DNA from: Octopus bimaculoides
Lineage: Eukaryota
DNA length: 50,806 nt
NCBI RefSeq assembly: GCF_001194135.2
Contig: NC_068988.1
Span: 45,755,015 to 45,805,820 of the forward strand
Direction of reading: 5' to 3'
Each line of letters begins with the position of its first letter. Position 1 is the first letter of the stretch. The notes below the pieces were generated by a model. It was not told the DNA's origin. It made no database searches and saw nothing but the letters and a program-made list of their open reading frames with translations. Positions 12,365-24,501 of this stretch are shown one piece after another. The position numbers were made by a program, and so were the translations under genes.

Positions 12365-13009
12365 AAAGCAAGTTTAGAATAACAACAGATTATTTATTGA
12401 TAGAATGAAGCAATAGTCTAAGTAGAGTCTAATTGTGAAATTTGTTTTTACTGTGTCTTCAAATTTCATTTAATAATGGTTTATACTGGATGTATAAGCC
12501 ATAAGGCAAAAACCTAAAGTCCCCACTCAGCACAAATTTATCATAACAAATTAGAATCTACTTTCAGTTTTGTGTCTCCCAATCAGTAAATATTTTGCAG
12601 TTATTCTTAAACTTATTTTGCAATACTAATCTTAAATAATATTTATACACACATATGTTATAGATATGATAATAGATGTATATGTGTTGTTTGTATTTAA
12701 TAATTCTATATATGGGCATACACCTTGTAGTATGCTGCTTAAAGCTCTTCCATAGTATTTGGCAACCAGATGTCAACAGCAGCAGGGAGTTATATGTCAC
12801 TAGGTTTACTTCAAGAATACCTTTGTACTTGTAGAGCTTATATAAAAAATATGAGAGCTAGAAAATGGAATTACAAGACTCTTTATTCATAACCACTATG
12901 ATTGTTTCAGCCCAACGTACTTTACAGGTGAGAAAGCAAAGTTTGAAGGGAATATTAGCCATTTTTCATACTCTTTAGGGCTAAGCAAATAGGAAATCAC
13001 AGTTGAATC

Positions 13010-13200
13010 CCAAGGACATTAATCATGTTATACAGCGTAATCAAAGACAGTCCAGGAGTGCCATACCATCTTATTTCTATATGTAAGTACTCCACAGCTA
13101 CATAATCCCATGAGTCCATCTCTAAGATGTTAGTGTGTGAGTTGAGGGTAAATAATTTGCTATTTCTAACAGGTCGATTGACAATGTAGAGGGTCCCACA
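13010..13200 (-). mobile_element. Repeat family E, reverse orientation
   Basis: GCTATTTCTAACAGGTCG resembles the reverse complement of the family E start. Confidence 0.5.
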
Positions 13201-13724
13201 TTGACTCTAATGCTAAGGTGCGTATGTATGTGGTATTTTTAAATGTACATCTTTGTTACATATATTCCATGTGTGTATGTTTCGGTTTACATCTTTGTAT
13301 TCTGCTAATTCTACTGCTTCATATGCCTAAATGTATATATAAATGTATATANNNNNNNNNNNNNNNNNNNNNNNNNNNNNNNNNNNNNNNNNNNNNNNNN
13401 NNNNNNNNNNNNNNNNNNNNNNNNNNNNNNNNNNNNNNNNNNNNNNNNNNNNNNNNNNNNNNNNNNNNNNNNNNNNNNNNNNNNNNNNNNNNNNNNNNNN
13501 NNNNNNNNNNNNNNNNNNNNNNNNNNNNNNNNNNNNNNNNNNNNNNNNNNNNNNNNNNNNNNNNNNNNNNNNNNNNNNNNNNNNNNNNNNNNNNNNNNNN
13601 NNNNNNNNNNNNNNNNNNNNNNNNNNNNNNNNNNNNNNNNNNNNNNNNNNNNNNNNNNNNNNNNNNNNNNNNNNNNNNNNNNNNNNNNNNNNNNNNNNNN
13701 NNNNNNNATATATATACATATATA

Positions 13725-13890
13725 CGACAGGCTTCTTTCAGTTTCCATCTACCAAATCCACTCACAAAGCTTTGGTCGGCCTGAGGCTATAGTAGAAGAC
13801 ACTTGCCCAAGGTGCTACTCAGTGGGACTGAACCCAGCACCATGTAGTTGGTAAGCAAGCTACTTACCACACAGCCACTCCTGTGCCTAT
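13725..13890 (-). mobile_element. SINE family B
   Basis: GGCTTCTTTCAGTTTCCATCTACCAAATCCACTCAC...ACTTGCCCAAGGTGC...CACACAGCCAC. Confidence 0.85.
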
Positions 13891-14479
13891 GTACATATAT
13901 GTATACATATGTGTGCATATATATATGTGTGTGTGTTTGTGTGTGTGTGTATATATATATATATATACACACACATACATACACAGAAATAGATAAATAG
14001 GTAGGTAGAAAATGCATAGATACATACACACATATGCACATATAAATCTGCATGTGTGTGTATGTGTATCTATGTGTGTCTATGCCAATGTGCAAGCGTC
14101 AATTTGCATATGAGTACGTCAAATGCGTATCAAATCCTGTGGCACCACCACTGGGTATTAAAGTGCACGCGTGCGTGTATATGTGTAAATGTATGTGACT
14201 TGTTTTTGCCCATCTATAACTCTCTGTAATATCAACCTGAAAGCAATCAAAGAATTTTGAAAGATCTTCCGCTTAAATAGCTTCATTTTAATTCACACTT
14301 GAAAAGTTTATATCCAGCACAGTGATAGGATGACAATGGAATTATAAAAATGGGAAATTCCAGAAGAATGAAACAGTCTTCAACGGGCATAATGCTTTTA
14401 ATGTTATATTTCATTCATTGTTTTCCTTTCTATCAATGCTGTCGTCATTTATCTTGTTTTTGTGATGCCTTTTTTTTAT

Positions 14480-14680
14480 CATGCTTTTTTTTTTATACAT
14501 TTGTCTTCTTTTTCTTCTACTTCTTTTTCTCCTTCTCCATCATCATCATCATCATTATCATCACCACTACCATCCCTTGCTTGATGAACACATTATTATC
14601 CTGACTACTACTACTACTACTACTATTATCATTATTATTATTATTATTATTATTATTCTTAGCATTATTATCAGTATTGA
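14480..14680. repeat. (CTT)/(CAT)/(TAC)/(ATT) trinucleotide array
   Basis: Read directly. Confidence 0.85.
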
Positions 14681-15442
14681 ATGTTGTTTTTTTTGTTGTC
14701 ACTGTTTTCATCTTTTTTTTTCCACCTTTAATATTTCGATTGTTTTTAATATTATTTATTTATTGAAGTTTTTATTTTTTATATTTATATTCTTCTCTAT
14801 TCCAAATTATTAGTGAAATGCCATATTGGAGAGGAGATTGGGACATGTGGGTGGGGTGGTGGGCGGTGGTGGAGTTGGAGGGGCAGGGAACAACAACAAC
14901 AATTAAAAAATATTAAAAAAATAATAATAAAACTAAAATAAACTCAGCTAAAACAAATAAACAATAAATAAATAAGAATAAAAAAAAAGAAACTTTCATA
15001 ATTGTGCAAACAATTCAATAGATATAACTACAAGTTGTGTTCTAGAAGTTTCCAAGTCTAGCTTAGCCAAGTGTAATAACAAAACGAAAATACAGTCACT
15101 GAAGACAATGCCAGAGGACTGTTTAAAGGAATCGTAGACACTGTCTGTTGCTGCTTTTTTCACATTTTAATAAATTTTAATAAATGTGAAACAATAAAAT
15201 TCTAACATTCATACATTTCTCACCCCTACTCAATACACTTTGTGTCGATTTATACATTGTCTGAATATTGTTTACAAATTCAATTTTTTATAAGAATAAA
15301 TTTAATATATCTCATTTTTAATTATGACTTTTATATTTTTATTTCATCTCACTGATATCATATTGCTTTTGAAATTACTTTCAACTTCCCCCTACCTACC
15401 CCTTCTTTTTGTCTTGGTATATATTTATAAATAAACACATAG

Positions 15443-15485
<43 letters not shown>

Positions 15486-15629
15486 TGATATATATAATAA
15501 AATTAAAATAACAATAGATATAAATTTTATTATGGTTCTCATTGCTGGTTAGGTAGTTTGACCAAAATTCAGTTATAGATAATGCATTTCTAGTTTAAAT
15601 CACAAGGAAAGCGCCAGAAGACATTTCGA

Positions 15630-15765
15630 TATTATCATCATAATTTAATGTCTACCCTTCTATTCTTGCACAGGTCAGTTCAAATTTGTTGAGGCAGATT
15701 TTCTACAGTCACATGCTCTTTCTGTCCCAGAATCCCATCTGTTTTGAAGGGTAATATTTCCCATG
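15630..15765 (-). mobile_element. Family D-related fragment
   Basis: TTTAATGTCTACCCTTCTATTCTTGCACAGG..TTTCTACAGTCACATGCTCTTTCTG parallels the family D 3' end. Confidence 0.5.
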
Positions 15766-15770
15766 GCCTC

Positions 15771-15985
15771 AGGGGGTGAGCTGGCAGAATTGTTAGCATA
15801 CCAGGCAAAAATGCTTAGTGGTATTTTGTCCATCTTTATGTTCTGAGTTCAAATTCTGCTGAGGTCATCTTTGCTTTTTATCCCTTCAGGGTTGATAAAA
15901 TATGTACCAGTTGTGCACTTGGGTTGATGTAATTGATTTATCCCCTCTTTTGAACTTGTTGGCTTTGTGCCAAAATTTGAAACCA
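15771..15985 (+). mobile_element. SINE family A
   Basis: GGTGAGCTGGCAGAATTGTTAGC...TTCTGAGTTCAAATTC...GTTGATAAAATATGTACCAG. Confidence 0.85.
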
Positions 15986-16432
15986 ACAATTTTCAATGTC
16001 CTGACATGTTTTTCACAGAAGACTGGAAAGAAACAACATCACTTGTAAGAAGATGATGCTCTTTCACAACCATTGCAGCATGTCAAGTCAAGAATACATG
16101 GACATGCACACACAAATACAAAAGTACACAGGCATACACATAAAACACACATATGCACACACACACATGCATTCAACTAGCGTCTTTCAGTTTCCTCTAA
16201 AGCCAAAATTTGAAACCAACAATTTTCAATGTCCTGACATGTTTTTCACAGAAGACTGGAAAGAAACAACATCACTTGTAAGAAGATGATGCTCTTTCAC
16301 AACCATTGCAGCATGTCAAGTCAAGAATACATGGACATGCACACGCAAATACAAAAGTACACAGGCATACACATAAAACACACATATGCACACACACACA
16401 TGCATTCAACTAGCGTCTTTCAGTTTCCTCTA
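15969..16432. repeat. Tandem direct duplication, period 233 bp, near-identical copies
   Basis: 15969-16199 versus 16202-16432; I found only one substitution (CACACAAAT vs CACGCAAAT). Confidence 0.95.
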
Positions 16433-16580
16433 CCAAGTCCACTTACAAGGCTTTAGTTGGTCTGGTGTTACTGTAGAAGGAACTTGTGCAAGATGGCATG
16501 CAATGAAATTAGAAACGAACCCAAGACCACAATGAGATTAGAAATGAACCCCAAGACCACATGGTTGGGAAGTATGCCTA
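16410..16580 (-). mobile_element. SINE family B
   Basis: TCTTTCAGTTTCCTCTACCAAGTCCACTTACAAGGC...CACATGGTTGGGAAG. Confidence 0.7.
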
Positions 16581-17810
16581 TATATATATATATATTCATA
16601 TACTATTCTGCCAGCTCACAGCCTTCAATCTGACTGATATTAATAATAAGAACTATGAAGATCACCAAGCAGTAGGGGTATTAAAAATTTCTTATGACAG
16701 ATTGTGAGATGAAACAAAGCATGGAAACTGTTGTAGAGTTGTTACTAATTCTTACCAAATTACAACCATAGCATTATTTATCTGCGCTAAAAACAAATAT
16801 GTTTGAAAGCATTAAATATAATTTCTCTTTCAGTAATGTTTGATAAGAATGTAACATAGTAAAACAAACACACATACATGCATCCACACCCACACACACA
16901 CACACACACACACTCACATGCACATACACATACACACTCTCTTTTGGTTCTTCAATGTTGGCTCTATCTGGGATAAAGTTTTCCTCTTTTAGTTCTCCAG
17001 TGTATTCTCTTTCACTATGATTGCCAAAACATATCGCTGGGTAGTTTTCTTTACTTAGATAAAATGTCTACCAGAGTTATACACAAAAGAAAGCTTGTTT
17101 ACATAAAATATGTTCTGGGTGCAATGCATCTGGTTCTTTTTTTCTACTGAATGCATTGTCTTAGAGTGAAGTTTTTTCTATCATATTCAGATTCCAGTCA
17201 TTTTCTTGAGTTTATCAAGTGTTCTTATTATTCATTTTAGAGCAACTCCACAGACTGGTAATATTTTTTTGCAATTTTTGAGTCTTTTCACTTTTAAGAG
17301 ATTCAATAAATGCATTTTATCATCTCTATCCATTTTTATCAGGCTGTGAATGACAGATCTTAGTGTTCATAGTTGACAACATGAAAGAACACAGAAATGC
17401 ATGCATTCTATGATGCAATGATGCAATTCACGGCCCAATGTGGCTTTGCACATGCAGTTTAGGAGGCAAATTTTCTATTGTGGCTATTTCTACATTTCCA
17501 CAGCAGATGATCATTCCATGTCTAAGTGTGCTCAAGTGTGTTAAGTATAACTTTACACAAATATATCTTATACAATGCTGCTTTGTGAAACTTTATTTCT
17601 TCAAGCAAACTTCTTGTTTTGGGGTTAAATTATATACAATTTCTATGTTTGTCTTTTATTCTGTCTTGACTGCTCGTTTACATCTGTCTTTACATCTGGC
17701 CATGTTATCTTCCATTCTGTGTTAAAGTTCTCTTCACAGATTTCTTTTATTGCTATGCTGTTTTTCCTGAGTGCATAGATGTACATTTTCACAGTTATTA
17801 TTTAAAGTAT

Positions 17811-18182
17811 GTGAAAGCGCAATGGCCCAGTGGTTAGGGCAGCGGACTTGCGGTCATAGGATCGTGGTTCGATTCCCAGACCAGGCGTTGTGAGTGTTTA
17901 TTGAGTGAAAACACCTAAAGCTCCACTGGGAATGGTGGCGAACCCTGCTGTACTCTTTCACCACAACTTTCTCTCACTCTTACTTCCTGTTTCTGTTGTG
18001 CCTGTAATTCAAAGGGTCAGCCTTGTCACACTGTGTCACGCTGAATATCCCCAAGAACTACGTTAAAGGTACACGTGTATGTGGAGTGCTCAGCCACTTG
18101 CACGTTAATTTCACAAGCAGGCTGTTCTGTTGATCGGATCAACTGGAACCCTCGATGTCGTAAGCGGCGGAGTGCCAACAAA
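17811..18182 (+). mobile_element. SINE family C, full length, with 13-bp TSD ATTATTTAAAGTA
   Basis: tRNA-like head with A-box TGGCCCAGTGG and B-box GGTTCGATTCC. TSD at 17797-17809 and 18183-18195. Confidence 0.9.
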
Positions 18183-18983
18183 ATTATTTAAAGTACACAA
18201 AATATTAGTACTAAAATAAGATTACTGCAACTACATAAAAAAATACATAACATTTTATGACTTCTAAGCTCTTTCCTTCCTATCTATACAAGTACTATGC
18301 AAGCATGTTAAGACTTTCACTTGAAAGAAGCTCTTTATTTGGAAAGGATGCTTTACAACTTTTAGCATGATTTCTTCAAACAAAACTCACAAATGAAGAA
18401 CATCATGAACTTGACTTGCAAAGCATAGAACCATACATAACATGAATTACATATTTTAAGGTTGCTTATTCCAGAAAAGATAAACATAGTTGCAAACTTA
18501 AATAGGTATGGAAATCTACCTTAGCTTGTCTGATTTTAATATAATGTGACTGATTCTTTCATAGTTTCTAAGAAATAAGCATTCCACTTATCCAAACTAT
18601 TATTTCATTATAGTATAGTATAAGGGGATTAGCAGATTGTAGAAATAATTAAAACGATTTTCAGACAGAATTAATATGACTAGGTTGGGCCTTCAAATCA
18701 CAGGTGCAGTCCATCTGATGGGCTTATACACAGAATTTCTGTCACCCAGCATTGCTTTATGGCAGTCTATGATTAGAATAGTAGATACTTGCCTGAAATG
18801 CTGAGAAATACGATTTCCACTCGGAACTTTGTGATTGAAAAGCAGACTTCTGAACCCATTAGGGACAAACGCACACAAACACATGCCCATTTGTCATTGT
18901 TGTTGCCGTCATCATCGTCGATGTCATTGTCATCATCGTCATCATCATCTGCATTGTCATCCCCCTTTTCATATCCACTACAT

Positions 18984-19213
18984 CAGTAGTTCTCAACTGG
19001 GGTCCATGTAAGATTTTGTCAGAATTTATCTGCAATAAATTGATTATATGCTTACAATACACAAAATATTGTAATAGTTTTTTTTTAACAGTTCCTAATA
19101 ATAATAAATTGCAACAATATAATTTTTGGGAAACCAAATGGCTAGGAGAGTCCATCTGAGTAACATAGAAATCAAGGGTTCATAAATAATGAAAAAATGT
19201 TTAAGGAACACTG
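18984..19213. mobile_element. hAT (Charlie-type) MITE
   Basis: Termini CAGTAGTTCTCAA...TTAAGGAACACTG; partial 8-bp flank match CACTACAT/CAATATAC with central TA. Confidence 0.65.
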
Positions 19214-19607
19214 CAATATACCATGTTTGCATAAGTCAGATATACAGAACATGTATATTCAAATAAACATAACAGAGATAAGAAAGCTAATTTTCTTTAA
19301 GAGTACTCAATGTCACGCTGAGGTATACATTTCCAGGTGAAGTTGTGAGAGTCCATTTTATTTCTACTCAAGTTAACTGAAACAGAGTAAATGTCACAGA
19401 TAATGGGACTACACAATGACAGCTGATGAAGTTAATATTAAAGTAATCATAATTAAACCTGTGACACCGATTACTGACTACTTAGTGTGACATGCAGATT
19501 AGATCAATTTTCAGAATAATCTGTAAGATTGGTTATGGACTCATGTATTAGAGATGCTGAATGTACATTTTAAAGGAATGAGGATAATATCTTGGCAAAT
19601 GTATATA

Positions 19608-20835
19608 TTGGGTCGTCCCACAAATAATGCAGTTTTTTAAATTCTTTTTTTATTTTTTTAAATTAAGAGAAACAGAGTTCTTTTTTGATTTAAAATATTC
19701 TCTCCTTCATTTTCTACAATACTCTTCCATCTATATGATAGACTTGCAAGGCTTTGCTTCCAAAATTCACTTGTCCATGATGAAAAATACTCCTCCCGTA
19801 CTGTTCTGACCTTGTATACAGAATTCATATTTTTTCCATCCAAATGATTTTGGAAAATGCAGAATAAATGATAATCAGATGGGACAATGTCCAGCAAATA
19901 TGGTGGGTGATGCATCGTTTCCCATTCAAACTGCTCCAGCCTTTAAAATGTCATCCTTGCTGTATGTGGCCAAGCATTATCCTGATGAAAGAACACCAAG
20001 TTGCTCGAGCTGCTTGCCGTAGATTTTCTTTGTTATTGTGTGGCTTGGATTTAAAAGTTCAAAGTGGACTAAACATTTCATATTCCACGAAACAGATAAC
20101 ATCTTACGTGGGTGAAGACCTTATTTATCCTGGGGTGCCAGTGTTTCTCCTTTTTCTACCCACTGTCTTTGGCACTTGACATTTTTATAGAAATCTCATT
20201 TCTCATCACCAGTCACTATTCGATCAAAAAAAAAGGTTCAGTTGTAAGACGTGACGGCAAAGAAGAGCACACATTCACTCTCTGCATACAATTAGACTCA
20301 GAAAGTTTGTGAGGAACCCATTGACCCAATTTTCTGACTTTTCCGATGGCATCCAAGTGTTGATGAATGGTGGAATGACCAAATCCAAGCTCCTCTGCTA
20401 GTTCCTCAACAGTTACGATGGGATTTTATTCCAACAGAGTTTGCAGGATGTCCTCATTGAGCTCTACAGATCTTCCAGGATGAGGCTTGTCTTCCGGGTG
20501 GTAATTTTTGGGTCAGAATTTCTGGAACCACCATTAACACTGGCTTATATTTATTGTCCGATTGCCATATACTGCACTATTATTCCAAGTACTTTCCATT
20601 GTGTTGTTGCCTTTATTGAACTCATAAAGCAAAAAATGCCAAATATGCTCCTTTGTTACTTCCGTTGTAGCTTTGAAAAATAACTGTTAAAATCAAACCA
20701 CACTCTTCAAAATTTGCACTAAGAGTAAGGACAAGGTAAAATTACTACCAGGTTGATGCAGGTAGTTTATCCCATTCCCCTCTGACTTTTAGTTCATGCA
20801 ATTGAAAAAAACACATTATTTATGGGATGACCCAA
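19608..20835 (-). mobile_element. Full-length decayed mariner (DD34D) transposon, ~1.23 kb
   Basis: TIRs TTGGGTCGTCCCACAAATAATG / CATTATTTATGGGATGACCCAA, with TA at 19606-19607. Confidence 0.95.
19690..20665 (-). pseudogene. Mariner transposase pseudogene
   Basis: Start codon mutated to ACG. Motifs: EVTKEHIWHFLLYEFNKG, WVPHKL, DRIVTGDEK*, HQDNAWPH, HPPYLLDIVPSDYHLF. Several stops and an internal deletion before HQDN. Confidence 0.92.
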
Positions 20836-20845
20836 TGTATATATG

Positions 20846-20879
<34 letters not shown>

Positions 20880-20901
20880 TATATATACGTATATATATAT
20901 A

Positions 20902-21311
20902 AAATAGTAAATAAAAAACGAAGAACAAACACAAGAAAAAAACAACAACGCGAGGACATGGTACATGCAAAGTATTAGCAAATGCTCAGGGAAGGAAAGG
21001 AAGGTGGTTTTTACGTTTCGAGCAAAGCTCTTCTTCAGAAACAGGAAACAGAGGAAAGTCCAAAAAAAAGGGAGATGGAGGAGAAAAAGCACCAATGAAC
21101 CGCATGTGGTTCAAAATGAAACCACATGTGAATCATTGGTGATTTTTTTTACTTCCTCTGTCTCCTGTTACTGAAGAAGAGGTTTGCTGAAAACGTAAAA
21201 ACCACCTTTCTTTCCTTCCCTGAGTACCTGCCAATACTTTGTACGCACCACGTCCTCATGTTGTTGTTTCTTCTTGTGTTTGTTCTTCGTTTTTTTTTGG
21301 ATTTACTATTT
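20902..21311. mobile_element. ~410-bp foldback of two inverted Penelope-like terminal repeats, each with a minimal hammerhead core
   Basis: Arms 20902-21059 and 21151-21311 plus an inner pair, centre ~21115. Minus core CTGAAGA-A-GAGC-TTT-GCTC-GAAACGTA (21038-21012); degenerate plus core at 21171. Confidence 0.75.
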
Positions 21312-21458
21312 ACCGCATATTCATGTGGACCTCCAGTCTTCCAACTGAGTTTGGTGTACCTAATTTGCGGAATTCTTTCTACCATCAGATTACATTGCCT
21401 TGTTCATTTGGAATACACCATTTCTGCACCTTGACTGTGAATCATATATATACACACA

Positions 21459-21509
<51 letters not shown>

Positions 21510-21939
21510 TTGTATATATGCATATATTTATGTGTACACACAAACACGCACACACATAAACACACACGCACAAACATATATATGTTCATACACACAAGTA
21601 AGTACAAAAATGCAAAGCAAGGTGGAAACAGTAGTACATGAATAGGATAATGATGATCATCATCTTCATCGTTTTGACGTCTGACTTTCATGCATGCATG
21701 GATAGGATGGTCGACAGGAGCCAGCCAAGTAGAAAACCATCTTAAGCTATCACAATGAGTGTGGAGATAAGTACATCTGCATACTTTTTTATTTCCATGG
21801 TCAATTATACAGCATATTTCATTTCTGCTGAGTAGACATCTTACAGTTGCATTTGCACCCAATTACTTTTGGGTGGTTACCAGTGTATGCAACTTTTATA
21901 CAAGGTTCCATGTCAGTGGATGGATCCTGAATAGGCATA

Positions 21940-22095
21940 GGCATGGCTGTGTGGTAAGAGGCTTGCTTCCCCAACCACATGGTTCCAGGCTCAGTCCCTC
22001 TGCATGGCATCTTGGGCAAGTGTCTTCTACTATAGCCTCAGGCCAACCAAAGGCTTGTAAGTAGATTTGGTAAAAACAAACTGAAAGAAACCTGT

Positions 22096-22100
<5 letters not shown>
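21940..22100 (+). mobile_element. SINE family B (5' half)
   Basis: GGCTGTGTGGTAAGAGGCTTGC...GGCATCTTGGGCAAGTGTCTTCTACTATAGCC. Confidence 0.85.
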
Positions 22101-22164
<64 letters not shown>

Positions 22165-22809
22165 GTTTAAATTTGCATGACTGAGANNNNNNNNNNNNNN
22201 NNNNNNNNNNNNNNNNNNNNNNNNNNNNNNNNNNNNNNNNNNNNNNNNNNNNNNNNNNNNNNNNNNNNNNNNNNNNNNNNNNNNNNNNNNNNNNNNNNNN
22301 NNNNNNNNNNNNNNNNNNNNNNNNNNNNNNNNNNNNNNNNNNNNNNNNNNNNNNNNNNNNNNNNNNNNNNNNNNNNNNNNNNNNNNNNNNNNNNNNNNNN
22401 NNNNNNNNNNNNNNNNNNNNNNNNNNNNNNNNNNNNNNNNNNNNNNNNNNNNNNNNNNNNNNNNNNNNNNNNNNNNNNNNNNNNNNNNNNNNNNNNNNNN
22501 NNNNNNNNNNNNNNNNNNNNNNNNNNNNNNNNNNNNNNNNNNNNNNNNNNNNNNNNNNNNNNNNNNNNNNNNNNNNNNNNNNNNNNNNNNNNNNNNNNNN
22601 NNNNNNNNNNNNNNNNNNNNNNNNNNNNNNNNNNNNNNNNNNNNNNNNNNNNNNNNNNNNNNNNNNNNNNNNNNNNNNNNNNNNNNNNNNNNNNNNNNNN
22701 NNNNNNNNNNNNNNNNNNNNNNNNNNNNNNNNNNNNNNNNNNNNNNNNNNNNNNNNNNNNNNNNNNNNNNNNNNNNNNNNNNNNNNNNNNNNNNNNNNNN
22801 NNNNNNNNN

Positions 22810-22919
<110 letters not shown>

Positions 22920-23331
22920 GAGTAAATGTAAGGATAAGCAAATTAGACTAGACAATATACAAAAAATGTACACTTAAGTTCTCCACAAAATCATTCCATC
23001 TTTAATCTCCTTTCTGCAAACTCCTCAAATGTAAAATTCCTCTCTGAAAGTGGTGGCTAGTATTATCCAATGATTGAATCAATTTACAATCATTATTTTG
23101 GAGCACTGACCTCCCAGAAACAGCTTTTGGATTTGTAAAACTCTTATTCAACCCATTTGATTCCTGATATCATTTCTATTCTGTGTAAGTCGGCTTATTT
23201 TTATATGTAAACATATTGACTTGCTTATGCTTACATTTACTCCTCTACCTGCTAAGTTTAAATCTCTTGGGCACTATGATGCCTACTCTATATGGAGAAT
23301 ATCAGTCTCTCATTTATAAACCCTATATATA

Positions 23332-23582
23332 TTGGGTTGGTGCATAATTATTGTGACTTTTTTTCAACAAATCTTATTCAACAAAAACAATAACAATATT
23401 TAACAAAAACATCTTTAAATGACGGTCTGACCATCTGCCAAGCAAATAGGAAGCAGTAATTGAAGTAGATGGTGAATATGCTCCAGAATAATCATTTAAA
23501 GATGTTTTTGTTACATGTTGTTATTGTTTTTGCTGAATAAAAATTGCTGAGAAAAAGCCGCAGAAATTATGTACCAACCCAA
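23332..23582 (+). mobile_element. Mariner-derived MITE with ~90-bp inverted arms and a transposase C-terminal remnant
   Basis: TA on both flanks; TIR TTGGGTTGGT(G/A)CATAATT. The spacer translates DHLPSK*EAVIEVDGEYAPE*. Confidence 0.9.
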
Positions 23583-24102
23583 TACGTTTGTGCACCACTG
23601 ATAAATTTATTTCCAGCTGTGCCCATATTTCTTTCACCAATATCTACGGAAGTTCAGTATTGGTAATTAACATAAGCACTATTCAGTGTCCTACATAACC
23701 TGTTCGCTGGCTGAAAAACTTGGCCATGAAGAGTAAAGTAGTCGCATATGTATATAAAAAGGATGAATGACAGGGTAACAGTTAACTCTTCAACCTGATG
23801 ATTAAAATCCTCATCCTATTACTTCAGTTACCATGTAGAAATGTCATGTATATCTATCTAATTGCATATTCATATACATATGTGAAGATATATGTTTGGG
23901 AGTGTGGGTGAGTGTGTACCTGTATACGTGTGTAAGTATATAAATGTGTATATATGAGTATATAAACATATTATACATATACATACACATCTATATTCAT
24001 ACATACATACACACACATATACAAATATGCATACATACATACATACATACATATGGCTGATAGTTAGCAAGGTGAGACACACATAAGAAGGAAGGAAACA
24101 AA

Positions 24103-24147
24103 GGACCACTGATGAGGTCACAGAAGTGTGACGAAAGAACTCTGGCC
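24103..24147 (+). ncRNA. Type-I hammerhead ribozyme candidate, in a probable Penelope terminal repeat (~24085-24260)
   Basis: GGACCA-CTGATGA-G-GTCACA(GAAG)TGTGAC-GAAA-G(AA)C-TC-TGGCC. All core nucleotides present, 6-bp stem II, predicted cleavage after C24142. Confidence 0.7.
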
Positions 24148-24469
24148 GAAATAAGATTAAGATTAATGTAATATAAAGCTGAAGCAAATTAACACCAAAT
24201 ATACAGTGCGTGTGTTTTTATTGGCTAAACTGGCAATATGACCATCCCCAAGTACAACAATANNNNNNNNNNNNNNNNNNNNNNNNNNNNNNNNNNNNNN
24301 NNNNNNNNNNNNNNNNNNNNNNNNNNNNNNNNNNNTATATATATATATATATATATATGCATACACACATATATATCTTAGTAATACTGTGAATGCAAGC
24401 CTTTTAAACTATTACAGGTCTTACACTGTATCTACACTTTTAGATATTCACCTCATACTACACCACGTG

Positions 24470-24501
<32 letters not shown>

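Noticed and set aside
12911-12927. CAG|17 nt|GTGAGA micro-exon or longer exon from 12835
   Set aside because: The longer version has stops in all frames, and the micro-exon is unsupported.
13173-13217. 45-nt apparent exon (SIDNVEGPTLTLML) with decent splice sites
   Set aside because: The acceptor lies within repeat family E in reverse orientation, so it is likely a repeat-derived cryptic signal.
14845-14890. G-run cluster with G-quadruplex potential
   Set aside because: It sits in low-complexity sequence with one long loop, and nothing indicates function.
17000-17750. Possible decayed LINE or transposase on the minus strand (NDHLLWKC, NCII..HHR)
   Set aside because: The motifs are too short and mutually inconsistent to assign a class.
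17811-17885. tRNA-like cloverleaf (also 30641, 45351, 6457, 6336)
   Set aside because: The anticodon-equivalent positions differ among copies, and each continues into a SINE body, two with TSDs. These are SINE heads, not tRNA genes.
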